A stretch of 64,000 nt of DNA, from the NCBI GenBank assembly GCA_965217585.1, contig OZ244561.1:4864001-4928000 (forward strand), given 5' to 3'. The translations under genes were made by a program, and so were the position numbers. Under the pieces are notes generated by a model, which was not told the DNA's origin, did not search any database, and saw only the letters and a list, made by a program, of their open reading frames with translations. Source of the DNA: Candidatus Latescibacterota bacterium. Its GTDB lineage: Bacteria; Latescibacterota; UBA2968; UBA8231. Position 1 is the first letter of the stretch; every line of letters begins with the position of its first letter. Shown here piece after piece: positions 38,307 to 49,000 of the stretch.

Positions 38307-41024
38307 TCAATTCGTCCTCACCTGCAGGAAAAACTCCGAAGTCTCCACCGTGCCTGTCGTGCTGGAGTGGACAAAGTCGATAAAGGATTTTCGCAGTCCT
38401 AGGTTCATGCTGATCCGGTAGCCGGTGTAGCTGCTGTTGTTATGCAAGCCGATGATATAGTGCCAGGCATTGAAATCGTTGGAGGGGGCCACGGCATCGC
38501 GAAAGCGATGCCGCAAGAGGGGAAAACCCTGGATGCCCGCCTTTATGGTGGTGCGTTCGGTCAAGAAAAAATCGAGCCGCACGATCGGCGCTAGGTTGGT
38601 CTCGTTGACGAGGTCGTCCAGTAGTGCTGAGTCGGAGCGGTGATAGGTCCATTTGAGCATGGGGGTCAGCGTCAACTTCTGGCGCGGCTGCCAGACGTAG
38701 TCGACCCGATTTACTAGAGCCAGAGACCAGTCATTGCCCGAATTTTGTGTCTGGCCGTCGGCAAAGGTATCGGCAAAGCGGTGGTTGAGTTCGCAGCGCC
38801 AGGTATTGTTGAGCGTCAGGTGGTCGACGCCGGTGTAGTTGAATTTCACATAGCTCAGATGGGCGTGGCTGTTGCGATAACTTAAGGGATCGTCGCGCAA
38901 GCCGATTTCGTAGTGCCCCCGCAGCAGCGGATTGGACGCGTATTGATAGAGCGGGTCGGGGATATCGTCCTGCACGCGCTTGCTGCGGTGGCGCAGCTTT
39001 AGGTGAATGCTGTCGAACAGCGGTCGATGGTACTCGAGTTTGGCGTACAGGGCGCGATTGCGACCTCCCCCAGCAATCTGGTCAATCGCGTGTCCGCCCA
39101 GCCGCAACTCGAGCTGGGAAGTGGGGTTGAAGGTAAAGAATACATGTTGCCCTTTGCTGTCGCGCTCGTACGGGTAGTCGGGTTTGTTGTCGTTTTCGCG
39201 CGAGTCAACCACGCCGTTGTTGTTGAAGTCGTCGCCGTAGACGAAGTCTTCGGACTCGACGAAGTACATGAGGAAGGGCTCTTGGTAGTCGGGCAAAAGA
39301 TTGTCGTTGACATTGGTGTCGAAGATGCCGTCGCCGTTGTCGTCTAGGCCGGGGAATACCCCGAAGCCGACGTCGCGCAGGGAGCCGGGAAAGAGGTTTT
39401 CTTTGACCTCAAGAGCCGCCTGGGTGATGTCGTTCTGGAAGCGCAGGCCTAGGGGATCGTCGTGTTCCCAGGAATCGGGCCAGGGGTCCAGATCGTCGTT
39501 GTCGTCGACCAGTTCGAATTCTTTTAGGGCGGGTACGAATTCGTCGAAATAAGTGAAAGAGGTGCGGTATTGGGGGGATACCCGGAACAGCTCCCAGCCC
39601 ACGGCGAAGTTCGCGAACAGACGCTTGCCCTGCAGCGAATAAGCACTTACAGGTCGCTTGTGCCGTCGGCCTTCTTGGACGGGAAAGATAAGGTGGTGGG
39701 TGCTGGTATTGAGGTCGCCGCGCACTTCGAAGCCGAGCAGATCCAGTTCGAGATTGGCACCGTAGAGTTCCAGACCCGATGGAAAGCCGTAGTCGAACTC
39801 AACCCATCCCATATTCGAACCGTTGCGGACGTTGCCTTCGGCCCGCACCACATTGCGCCAGTCTTCCCACGCTGAGCCGGCCACGCCGCTCCGGCCTACG
39901 GGGGCACCTAGGTCAATGGCGTAGTCGTTGGCAGCTAGGACCCTAAAGGAGATATGTTCGGCCTCGGGCGGCACGACAAAGCGGAACAGCAATACGTCAT
40001 AGCCGTCGGCCTGGAGAGCATCTTTGCCGTCTAGCTCCACTGGTTCGGCATTGCTGAACAGGCCGCCGCGCGAACCGAAAAGACTGCCGAAACCAACGGT
40101 GTGCGGTAGCCAGGACTGACGCCGCCGCAGATGTGGCACGTCTTCCAAACGCAGGCGTTCGGAAATCATGCGCCGCTCTTTGCCTAAGGATACGAGATCG
40201 GCGATCCGGCGCACTTCCGGAGCCATCTGGCTGGGCTGGCCATTGACGATCATCTGGACATCGTGGACTTGGGCACCAACACCATCGTTGGGCGAATCAT
40301 CGCTGATGGCCAGAAAAACTTCGCCGGGTGTGATCAAGTTGGTGGGGAAAGAGCCTTTGCGGAAAGATCCCTCTCGGCGCCCCAGCAAGGTGTCGGTGAT
40401 ATGGGTATTGACGTACGAAGCGCCAAATTGCAAGGCACTGCCGATCTGGGTTTTCCAGTGTCCGCCGAAGAGATAGGTCACAAAGTCGAGCGGCCTCGCA
40501 GAGGCGAAGTTGCGCAGGGGATCGGAAATGCGCGAGCCCAGCACAGTGAAGCGGTTGCGCTGCGAATTGGAGTCCCAGCGGATGCCATTCATGCGGTTAA
40601 TCGATAACATCATGGGCTTGAAGCGAGCCTCCACGGCCCGGCCGAGGATGACCGAAGAACCCCAGTCCTGATAGGAATCATTGGCGACGACCAGATTCTG
40701 AAAAAGGTCTCGGTAGCCGTTATCTTTGAAAATGATGCTGCCGCCAAAAGGCGAAATGGTACGGAATTCTTGGGTGCGGTAGAGATTGGCACCGTTGAGC
40801 AGGGTGAAGCCGAAGGGGTCGTAAACGCGCGTCTCCTCGTCGAGGAAGAAGCCGCCCGCTAGGCGCTGCAGACGGATATCGCGGTAGGAAAAATGAGCGT
40901 AGTTCTCATAATCCTCGTTGGCCCACAGGGGATAGTATTCGCGGTTGAGGTACTGGCCGTGGGACCGGTCAAAAAAGCCGGTCAGCATTAGCAAAAGCAG
41001 GCAGGTTGTTTTAAGGTAGCGCAT
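38307..41024 (-). CDS. Large secreted/outer-membrane Asp-rich protein (paralog A)
   Basis: Signal peptide; YDPFG, NGIRWD, VDDNDDLDPWPD..GVFPGLDDNGDGIFDTN..EPFLMY..DFNNNGVVDSRENDNKPDYPY. Confidence 0.75.
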   Translation of the reverse strand: MRYLKTTCLLLLMLTGFFDRSHGQYLNREYYPLWANEDYENYAHFSYRDIRLQRLAGGFFLDEETRVYDPFGFTLLNGANLYRTQEFRTISPFGGSIIFKDNGYRDLFQNLVVANDSYQDWGSSVILGRAVEARFKPMMLSINRMNGIRWDSNSQRNRFTVLGSRISDPLRNFASARPLDFVTYLFGGHWKTQIGSALQFGASYVNTHITDTLLGRREGSFRKGSFPTNLITPGEVFLAISDDSPNDGVGAQVHDVQMIVNGQPSQMAPEVRRIADLVSLGKERRMISERLRLEDVPHLRRRQSWLPHTVGFGSLFGSRGGLFSNAEPVELDGKDALQADGYDVLLFRFVVPPEAEHISFRVLAANDYAIDLGAPVGRSGVAGSAWEDWRNVVRAEGNVRNGSNMGWVEFDYGFPSGLELYGANLELDLLGFEVRGDLNTSTHHLIFPVQEGRRHKRPVSAYSLQGKRLFANFAVGWELFRVSPQYRTSFTYFDEFVPALKEFELVDDNDDLDPWPDSWEHDDPLGLRFQNDITQAALEVKENLFPGSLRDVGFGVFPGLDDNGDGIFDTNVNDNLLPDYQEPFLMYFVESEDFVYGDDFNNNGVVDSRENDNKPDYPYERDSKGQHVFFTFNPTSQLELRLGGHAIDQIAGGGRNRALYAKLEYHRPLFDSIHLKLRHRSKRVQDDIPDPLYQYASNPLLRGHYEIGLRDDPLSYRNSHAHLSYVKFNYTGVDHLTLNNTWRCELNHRFADTFADGQTQNSGNDWSLALVNRVDYVWQPRQKLTLTPMLKWTYHRSDSALLDDLVNETNLAPIVRLDFFLTERTTIKAGIQGFPLLRHRFRDAVAPSNDFNAWHYIIGLHNNSSYTGYRISMNLGLRKSFIDFVHSSTTGTVETSEFFLQVRTN

Positions 41025-41025
41025 C

Positions 41026-43077
41026 TCAGTACATCACCGCTACGGTGCACACGGCGGTGATGTCGCCCTGATTCAATCGGGCCCGCACCCGCACTAGGTA
41101 CAGGCCCGGCACCACCAAAGTGCCGTCGTCGTCGAGACCGTCCCAAAAACCCGGGCTGAGCGCAGGGTCTCCTCCGGCTGGAGGGCGCACGTATTGGCCA
41201 CCGCGCAGCGAGCCGGTGTCTAGCTGGCGCACCAAGCGGCCCCCTAGGTCGAGAATGTCCACGTCTATTTCCTGCGGCACACTGACCCGGGAGAGGACGA
41301 ATTCAATGATGGTATGGTCGTTGATATTGTCGCCGTTGGGGGTGAAAACGGGCGGATTTGTCCGCACCTGGTCCAGTATCGGCCCAAACGCGTCGAGCGC
41401 CCGCACACTCCAGGAGTAAGGGGCACCGGTGCTTGGATCAGAGGCGGCGTTCTCCTCGGCGTCGAGTGAGATAGCTGCCTCTGGGCTGAAAAGGCGCGTG
41501 GAAAAGGCGAACTGGTTGGTCAGCAACCGCGCCCTGAAACGCAGTTGCAACTGGCCGGACTGGTGCCAGAGATCGGTCCATACCAACTCCAATGCGTCTC
41601 CCGCAATAGTGGTGCGGGCGATTTCTATCCCCGGGGGTAGCACAATTTCTGCCACCTCGGCTAGGCTCGGCATAGCGATGCGAATGTGCTCCACGCCCAA
41701 ATCGCCCGCGTCGAATTCGACTTCGAGGTGGTAGACGAATTCGGTCTCGCGCCCTACCACCCCCCTGTTGGGTTCCACCCGGACGCGGGCGGCCGAGGCA
41801 GGCGTTTGCTCGGAGAAAGCCATGATCAGACTATCTAGGCGCGGACCGACGTCTTCGAAATCAGTGGAGAAATTAACCCGATATTGCAGCAAGTTTCGCG
41901 GTTCGGGTACCTGCAGAGCGGCTTCTAGGGCGCCAGTCTCAGGACTCCAGTCGCTCCAGTTGACGCCGTCGTTCGAAGTGCGGAACTGCACGCTCAGGGT
42001 GGTGCCTGCGGGCCGCTGGCCGATCCAGCGGAAGTGGTCGTAGATTTTGCGCTGGCCGGGCAAGCCCAAATCCAGCGGCGACGAAGTGAAAGTACCCGCG
42101 GGAGCCACCCCCTGCCCGGTTACCTGAATATCGGCGACGCGGGCCCGCCGCAGTGGATCGAGTTCGATGGCGATCACGCGCAAAAAGCGGCTGAAGGTTG
42201 GCTCAAAGGCAACGGCGGTTTGCGCAAAATCGGCAATGCCGCGAATGGCACCGACTTCACGCCACTGAAAACCGTCGTTGCTGACCTCGACGGCATACCC
42301 CTGCAGGGTGTTGGCGGCAAAATCTTCGGCATTCGTTCCGGCTGTGAAGACCCGCACTTCGCCGAGCAGGCGCTGGATGCCCAGGTCGACACGGGCAAAG
42401 CTGTTGAGCTCGTCGGGTTCGATCGTCCAGATGCTTTCGGCTTGGCCGTCAAATACCTCCGGCCGGTTTGCCGACTGATTAAGTGCTAGGTTTTCGCCCT
42501 CGACCGTGCGCAAGTTCAGTCCGTCGCCGCCCACGTCAATGCCCCCCGGATAGCCGGCAATTACTTCCGCTCCGAGGGGGTCGTCCCAGCCGGAAAGCCT
42601 GTGGCGCTCCAGCCGACCGCGCTGCACCGTTGTCCACGCTGCTATCTCGCTCACATCCGCGGTCAGCCAGTCGGTGCCTTGCTGGGGATCGCCGCTCCAG
42701 CGCCATACCTCCTGCAGACCGCTAGTAGTACTCAGCCACACCTGTTCGCCGGCGACCACTTCGACGACCAGACCACTGCCGTTGCCCTGTCCCCAGTTTT
42801 CCACGCGCACGGCTAGATGGTTAGCGCCGCCTTGCAGTTCGACCGCCAATTCCTCCACGGTCGTCCAGTCGTCATCGCTGCCCACCGAGTCGCCGTTGAG
42901 GAAAACCTCGTATTCATTGACCGCGGTTAGGCGCAACGCGACCTGTGTCGCTGCAGCCGCATTGAAGGTAAGCCGGTAGTAGACGATTTGGTCCCACTGC
43001 GCTATCTGCCACTCGGCCGCAGCCGCGGGCGAGAGCACCGCCAGAACAAAACCCACTACCGATGGCATGACTTTCAT
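41026..43077 (-). CDS. Secreted discoidin-like/FlgD-Ig protein, paralog 1
   Basis: Signal peptide AAA-E; collinear with 33474-35576 (LRLTAVNEYEVFLNG..GSDDDWTT, FTPNGDNIND, WDGLDDDG..PGLYLVRV). Confidence 0.75.
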   Translation of the reverse strand: MKVMPSVVGFVLAVLSPAAAAEWQIAQWDQIVYYRLTFNAAAATQVALRLTAVNEYEVFLNGDSVGSDDDWTTVEELAVELQGGANHLAVRVENWGQGNGSGLVVEVVAGEQVWLSTTSGLQEVWRWSGDPQQGTDWLTADVSEIAAWTTVQRGRLERHRLSGWDDPLGAEVIAGYPGGIDVGGDGLNLRTVEGENLALNQSANRPEVFDGQAESIWTIEPDELNSFARVDLGIQRLLGEVRVFTAGTNAEDFAANTLQGYAVEVSNDGFQWREVGAIRGIADFAQTAVAFEPTFSRFLRVIAIELDPLRRARVADIQVTGQGVAPAGTFTSSPLDLGLPGQRKIYDHFRWIGQRPAGTTLSVQFRTSNDGVNWSDWSPETGALEAALQVPEPRNLLQYRVNFSTDFEDVGPRLDSLIMAFSEQTPASAARVRVEPNRGVVGRETEFVYHLEVEFDAGDLGVEHIRIAMPSLAEVAEIVLPPGIEIARTTIAGDALELVWTDLWHQSGQLQLRFRARLLTNQFAFSTRLFSPEAAISLDAEENAASDPSTGAPYSWSVRALDAFGPILDQVRTNPPVFTPNGDNINDHTIIEFVLSRVSVPQEIDVDILDLGGRLVRQLDTGSLRGGQYVRPPAGGDPALSPGFWDGLDDDGTLVVPGLYLVRVRARLNQGDITAVCTVAVMY

Positions 43078-43094
43078 TGCTCAGCTATTGCTCG

Positions 43095-43541
43095 CTATGC
43101 TCCCGACTCGAAGTCGAGGCTTACAGTGATGGCTTTGGTAATCGGATTGACCACCAGACGGTGATATTGGCCGAAGGGCTTCCAGCGCTTTGAGCCGTTT
43201 CCCCAGACGTGTTCCGGCTCTTGCTCCGGCACTGACAGGCCAATGCGCCGCAGTGCTTTCGTCGTATCAAAGGGGTCCATCTTTTTGAATGTATAGGTCA
43301 CGTAAGACGCGCTGCCATGTATCAAATCCACGTAAACCCAGGTGCTATCTCCATCCGCATCTCTCCACTGCAGAGTGGTTACTTTCTCGGAGCGCGCAAA
43401 GTCGAAATCCGGCTCGCCTAGGCGCTCCTTCAGGGTTGCTCCGGTTTTGTTCAATATCTGGTGCACAGCGAGCAGCGGCACTTCTTCCCGGCCGCAAGCG
43501 GCGATAAAAAAGAAAGTTGCAAAGAATATGCTGGAGTGCAC
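43095..43541 (-). CDS. Small lipoprotein
   Basis: Hydrophobic N-terminus with IAAC lipobox; within the operon. Confidence 0.65.
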   Translation of the reverse strand: MHSSIFFATFFFIAACGREEVPLLAVHQILNKTGATLKERLGEPDFDFARSEKVTTLQWRDADGDSTWVYVDLIHGSASYVTYTFKKMDPFDTTKALRRIGLSVPEQEPEHVWGNGSKRWKPFGQYHRLVVNPITKAITVSLDFESGA

Positions 43542-44776
43542 TATTCCACCTTGAAAGTGAAGGGATACGTCACGAATACAGGCAGTGGCGTCAATCGGGG
43601 TGCTGTGGCCCGCGCTCCGGGACCGCGCGCATTCTCTTCACTCGTTGCGCCAGCTGCCGGTTTTTGCAGTGCCCCTATATCAATGGGTCGGAAAGCCCAC
43701 CGCATAATCTCTTGTTGCATGCACTGGCCCACGGCTTGGCTACCCACACTCGAGTTGGTGACCTTGGCCTCGGAAACGGCTCCGCCTACCTCAATGGTGA
43801 AGCGCATGGTCACTGCGCCTGCGGTGGCCTCTCCTTTGTCGAATGCTGCGACGAAGCAGCGGTTGAGACCCGACAAACGCTGCCGCACCACGGCCCGAAT
43901 GGCACTCAGGCTGCGGGTGCGCTCACCGGGCAGGTTGCCCATGATCCGGCTGGGGCCATTCTCGGAAATCATCAATGTTTCGGCGGTTTTGCCGCTGATT
44001 GCTCCCTTTTGCACGACGCGATCTTCCACTTTGTGTTTAAAGACAAAGCGCAGATCCCGCTTTTCCACGGGTTTGTCAAAAACCCCGAAACGCAAGACGA
44101 AGTCCTTCAAGGTCAGCACTACCTCCTCGGTTTCGGGATAAACCGGATCGAAGACGATAAAACCGCCGTAATTCTCGCCCTTAAATATGGGCTGGCCCTC
44201 CTCGTAGTTATAGCTGCGTACCATGCCCATGCGCAGTTCGAAGCGATAGAACTCGTTGCCGCTCTGGCCCCGCTGCGAGCGGTAGTAGTTTTCGAAATTA
44301 CCATAGGGCGACGACGAGGTGATGCCATAGGCGCGCAGGAACTGGCCTTGGTCGGTCTGCACTACGGCTGCCAATGGGTCGAGCATGACTTTGGGCAGAG
44401 TGCGGTTGAAAATAGTGACCTTGAAAACGGTGAAGCGGTTGGGCGTATATCCTAGGCGTGTATCGATCCAGTCGCCGTAGGTGTAGGGATTGGTCGAGTA
44501 CTTGCTGCGCCCCGATTCGTCGGGGAAGAGGGCGTTGAGCTTGGCGTCGGTCATGTGCTCTACCTCGAGGCGCATCCCGGCCAGTTCCCAAGAGATCGCG
44601 CCATTCTCCTGCAGACTATAGGCCCCTTCCGTTTCCGCGGACTCGATGACCGGCAACAGCAGAGTCTCGCGCTTGACGGCCGTGGGAAAGAGAAAACAGC
44701 CTGATAGCAGACCGCACAGCGCAACGACCCAGATCAGCCGGCCGTGTCCCACCGCGCTATTACCCTCTTTACTCAT
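43541..44776 (-). CDS. Lipoprotein with C-terminal TonB-C-like AgmX/PglI domain
   Basis: LSGC lipobox; C-terminal IRAVV..LNRCF..GAVTMRFTI..GAVSEAKV..VGQCM..W.F..VTYPFTF. Confidence 0.75.
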   Translation of the reverse strand: MSKEGNSAVGHGRLIWVVALCGLLSGCFLFPTAVKRETLLLPVIESAETEGAYSLQENGAISWELAGMRLEVEHMTDAKLNALFPDESGRSKYSTNPYTYGDWIDTRLGYTPNRFTVFKVTIFNRTLPKVMLDPLAAVVQTDQGQFLRAYGITSSSPYGNFENYYRSQRGQSGNEFYRFELRMGMVRSYNYEEGQPIFKGENYGGFIVFDPVYPETEEVVLTLKDFVLRFGVFDKPVEKRDLRFVFKHKVEDRVVQKGAISGKTAETLMISENGPSRIMGNLPGERTRSLSAIRAVVRQRLSGLNRCFVAAFDKGEATAGAVTMRFTIEVGGAVSEAKVTNSSVGSQAVGQCMQQEIMRWAFRPIDIGALQKPAAGATSEENARGPGARATAPRLTPLPVFVTYPFTFKVE

Positions 44777-45996
44777 TGGTTCTGCTCCGTGTAGAAATCG
44801 ATCTGTTGCTGGGCAATGGAGCCTTGCTGAGTCAGGGCGAACACCACTAGGTTGACGCCCATTTGTAGCTGTGGCTCGTTGCGGAATTCCTTTTCCCAGG
44901 CGCGTCCATATTCCTTGGTCGTGAAGATTGCCACCAGGCGCTCGCCGAGAAAAATACCTTCCAAAAAGGGCACCTCGGGATGAAAATCGCGGCCGAATAC
45001 GAGCCTATCCTGAGTCCGTTTTGGCGGCGGGCCATCGTCGAAGTCGTAAAAGCTGTGGTATATGGGGTGGTCGTTGGGGATGACTTTGAAGCGCGCATCC
45101 CGCCCCAGCGAAGCCTTGAGCATTTCCCGCAGCGAGGCTTCGGCCGGGGTGTACTCGGTGGCGGCATCCCGCCCCAACTCGCTCATGGCCTCGACCATGA
45201 CAAAGCCACCCTGCCGCAAATAGTCACCCAGATTGGCGATCTCCTGCTGGGTGGGTTCGAAGGCTTGATCGACGGAGATGTACACGAAGGGCGCCCGGAA
45301 GATAGCGCGCGAATCGAGGAAGAGATGGTCGTCCACTCCGGCCCGAATCTGGGTAAATCCATTAATCGCTTCGACCAGCTCGAAGATGGCCCGCTGGGTT
45401 GACGGTTTGAAGTCGTTGCCCCAGGCTAGGGCTAGGTAAACGAAGCCGGTGATGTTCTGTTTGTCGGTCGGATCCTGGACCACCAGTCCCTTATAGCGGC
45501 CGATATCCAGCGCTTCCAAGTCGAGGAATTCCTCCTGCATGCTGATGCGCTTCTCCGGCTCTTTGGGGCTCTTGATGGCGACGCGCTGCACTTTGGGCTG
45601 GACCACTTCTAAGCCTAGGTCCGCACCGCTTGCAACGCCGAAGCGGAAGGTCTTGATTTTGCCGACTAGGTCGGGGAGGCGAATCTGGGGTTTGCGGGTG
45701 ATTTGCGGCTTGGCCGCCCGCACCTGGCGGGTCATCTGCCGTTTGGGGATTTGCCGTTTCTCAAACTCAAAGGCTTTGGTCATGCGCGGCTTGCGCACCA
45801 CTAGGTGCATCAGCGGGGGTTTGGGAGCTTTTTTTTCTTCTTCCCTGGTAGCTAGGTAGATTGTGGGTATGGCCAACAGAGCAATCGCTATCGCCAGCGC
45901 CCGGTAGAGTACCCTGCGCTGGCGGCGCAGTAATTCCTCCAAACGGAGCGCGTCCGTCGGCGTGGCGAAGCGTTTGGCATCGATTTGAGCGGCCAT
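44773..45996 (-). CDS. DUF4159 domain protein with N-terminal membrane anchor and basic/Pro-rich linker
   Basis: One TM segment; PFVYI, LGDYLRQGGF, IPNDHPIYHSFYDF, LEGI, QMGVNLVVFALT. Confidence 0.8.
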   Translation of the reverse strand: MAAQIDAKRFATPTDALRLEELLRRQRRVLYRALAIAIALLAIPTIYLATREEEKKAPKPPLMHLVVRKPRMTKAFEFEKRQIPKRQMTRQVRAAKPQITRKPQIRLPDLVGKIKTFRFGVASGADLGLEVVQPKVQRVAIKSPKEPEKRISMQEEFLDLEALDIGRYKGLVVQDPTDKQNITGFVYLALAWGNDFKPSTQRAIFELVEAINGFTQIRAGVDDHLFLDSRAIFRAPFVYISVDQAFEPTQQEIANLGDYLRQGGFVMVEAMSELGRDAATEYTPAEASLREMLKASLGRDARFKVIPNDHPIYHSFYDFDDGPPPKRTQDRLVFGRDFHPEVPFLEGIFLGERLVAIFTTKEYGRAWEKEFRNEPQLQMGVNLVVFALTQQGSIAQQQIDFYTEQNQ

Positions 45997-46003
45997 GGTA
46001 CCC

Positions 46004-49000
46004 CTATAAGCGGTTGGCTTCGATCCACTCTTTGTGCATGCGGGCAAAGCGATGGGCTTCGGCCTGTTCGTCGGTTAGGCGACTGAGGACTTGGTCGTAA
46101 ACCTGCACCGCGTCCTTCCACTGCCCCAATGACTCGTAGCAGACCCCCATATTGCTCAGCGCTCCGATCTCGCTTTCGGTGCCGGGATAGTCGCGCGCGA
46201 CTTCCGCAAAGCCGGCTGCCGCCCGGCGGAACTGGGCCGGGTTCTGCTCTTCAAGGGCTTGGGCAAAGACCGCCTCGACTTCGGCGTAGCGCAGGTAAGC
46301 CACTACTTCGCGCAGGTCATCTATTAATTCGGGAACCTTTTGCGCCACCGGACTGCTGGGAAAGCGGCGGATGACTTCTTGGTAGGCCTGCAGGGCTTTA
46401 TCGTATTCCTTCTCATTGTAGTAAAAGTCGCCGATGGTGAACTGGGCATTGGCCGCCAGAGCACTGCCCGGGTAGTCGGCAACCACGCTTTGCAAGGCGG
46501 CGATGGCTTGGGACTCCCGTTTCATATTGAGATGAGACCAGGCCAGATTGTAGAGGGCATCGTCGGCCAGATCCGCTTGCGGGTGCATTTCGAGCAATTG
46601 CTGGTAATGCGCTTGCGCCGTCTCGAATTGTCCCAAGTTGTAATGGGCTTCCCCGGCCCTGAACAGTGCGTCGGGTGCCAACTCGCTTTGGGGATAGGCG
46701 CTGGCTAGGTCGGCAAAGGCGGCAGCGGCTTGCTCGAACTGAGTCAGGTTGAAATGGGCGTATCCCAGATAGTAGAGGGCGTAGGGGCGGTTGCGATGAT
46801 CGGGCGTTTTCTGCAGATAAGTTTCGAGCACTCGCACGGTTCCCCCGAGATCGTCCCGCTCGAATAGGGCCTGCCCCAGAGCAAAGCGCATATCGGCCGA
46901 ATAATAGGAGTCCGGGTAGCGGGACAGTGCCTTTTGGTAGGTGTTGATTAGTGCCTGGGTATCACCCCGTGAGGCGTGGGCGTCGCCCATTAGGAAGTAG
47001 GCTTTCTCTTGGAGGAAATAGGGTTGCTCACCGCGCAGAGCGGGCAAGTCCAAGGAGAGAATCCGCCGGCATACGGCCTCAACTTGGTCGAATTCATTCA
47101 GGTTGTAGTGAAGTTCGGCCAGCACCACTAGGTGTTCGGCGCGCTCGACTGAATCGGTTGCCGCCGCTACTAGGGCCCGGTAGTCCTCGATGGCTTCTTC
47201 GTCCCGCCCTAATTCGAGATGGGCCAGACCAAGCATGCGCTGGGCCGCCCCTGCCAACTCCTCGTTGTCGCTGTGCAGTAGTGCTTTTAGGTCGGCTGTC
47301 GCCTCCTGATAGCGCTTGAGCTTGAGCAGGCTTACGCCGCGGCCGTAGAGGGCACCCCGGCGCACCTCGTCGTCGTCGGCCAGTTCGATGGTGCGTCCCA
47401 GTGCTTCCACCGCGGCGCCGAATGTCTCCGTTTCGATCAGGGTGCGCCCTTTCATGTAGTGGAGACGGGCCTGTTCGTTTTTAGCTATACTGACCTCCAA
47501 GCCCGCCTCCAGCGCCTCCAACGCCCCCGAGAAATCGCCCTCCGCAGCCAGCAGGTTGCTCGTTTCGAGCATGGCCTTGGAAAACAAATTCGAAGTGCGG
47601 TCAAGCTGTCGGAATAGCTCCACTGCCCTGCCGGGCTGGCCCAAATCCCGGTAGCACAGAGCCAGTTCGAAACGGGCCCCGTGGCGCTGCGGGGACTCGG
47701 AGTATTTTTGTAGAATGGATTCGTAAGCGGCGATGGCCCGCTTGAAGTTTTCTTGCTGGTAGTGGATGCGGCCCAGTTGGAAAAGAGCGCTGCGTACGTA
47801 GTCGGGGTCTTGGTCGGCGTCGACGATCTCTTGATAGAGCTCCAGCGCCTGGACAGTATGCTCAGCACTGCCCAGAGTGCCGAGCATTTGGTTGCACAGG
47901 GCGATATTAAATGGGGTAGCAGCTAGGGATAGTTCGCTGCTGGGGTAGTCGGCGGCAATGCGTTCGTACGCGGCGATCGCCTGTGCATAGGCCAATCGGG
48001 CGTCGTCGGCCGCGGCTTGGCGCTGAACCTCAGCCCGCTCGTAATGGGCCCGCCCGATCTTGTAAAGGGCCCAGGGCGGTGCCAGACCAGCGGCTTTGGC
48101 CACATCCCCGTACGCATCTAGGTAGAGTTGATATTCGGCGATGGCGCGTTGATAGTTGCCAAGGCCGTAGTAGTGTTCGGCCAGCAGGGATTGCATGCTG
48201 GCCTGAAAAATGCGGTTGCGGCTACCGTCGATGGCCTCGCGGTAGGTGCGCACTGCCGCTTGGTCGTCGCCGCCTTGGGTGTACATATCGGCTAGGCGGA
48301 TATAGGCCTCGGCCACCAGTTTCTGTTCCTGAGCGAAGGCGGTTATAACCTTGCTATAGGCGGTAGCGGCACCGGCAAAATCCCCGCTTTGGGCGCGGCA
48401 ATCGCCTATCTTGATCTGGGCTTTGGCCGCCAATTCTAGCGCAGTCTCGTCTACTAGGCCGGCTATTTTCTCACGCCGCATCTTCAGCAGGTCGCGCTCG
48501 CTGAGGTGGTCGATGTCTTGGCGGTCTACCACTTCCTGGTACCAGAAAGTGGCCTGATCGTAGCGCTGCTGCAGAAAGTAGGCTTCGCCGATTTGGAAAA
48601 GCGCCCGGTCTGCGCGGTACCCTTTGGGGAAGTGCCGCCCCAATTCCTCAAAGGCGGTGATGCTTTCCCGGTACTGCCCCAATTCAAAATGGGCCCAGCC
48701 GATATTGTAGAGGGCGTTGTCGAGGTATTGGCTGTCGGGATATTTCTGCACAAAAGCCCGGCCCTCTGCTATGGTGCGCTGGTAATCGCCGCTTGCATAG
48801 AGGCAGTTGACTAGCCGATTGCGGGCCAGTTCCCGCATCTGCGGAGAGGTGGTCTGGGCTTCGGTCTTGAGGAAGTAGGCACCCGCTTCCACGAAGTCGG
48901 TCGCGGTCCGTTCGGCGAGTTGGCGTTGGCGTTCGGGGTCGCGTGCCCGGGCGGCGCGGCGCTGGGATTCCTGGGCGCGCTTAAAGTAGCTATTACCCGT

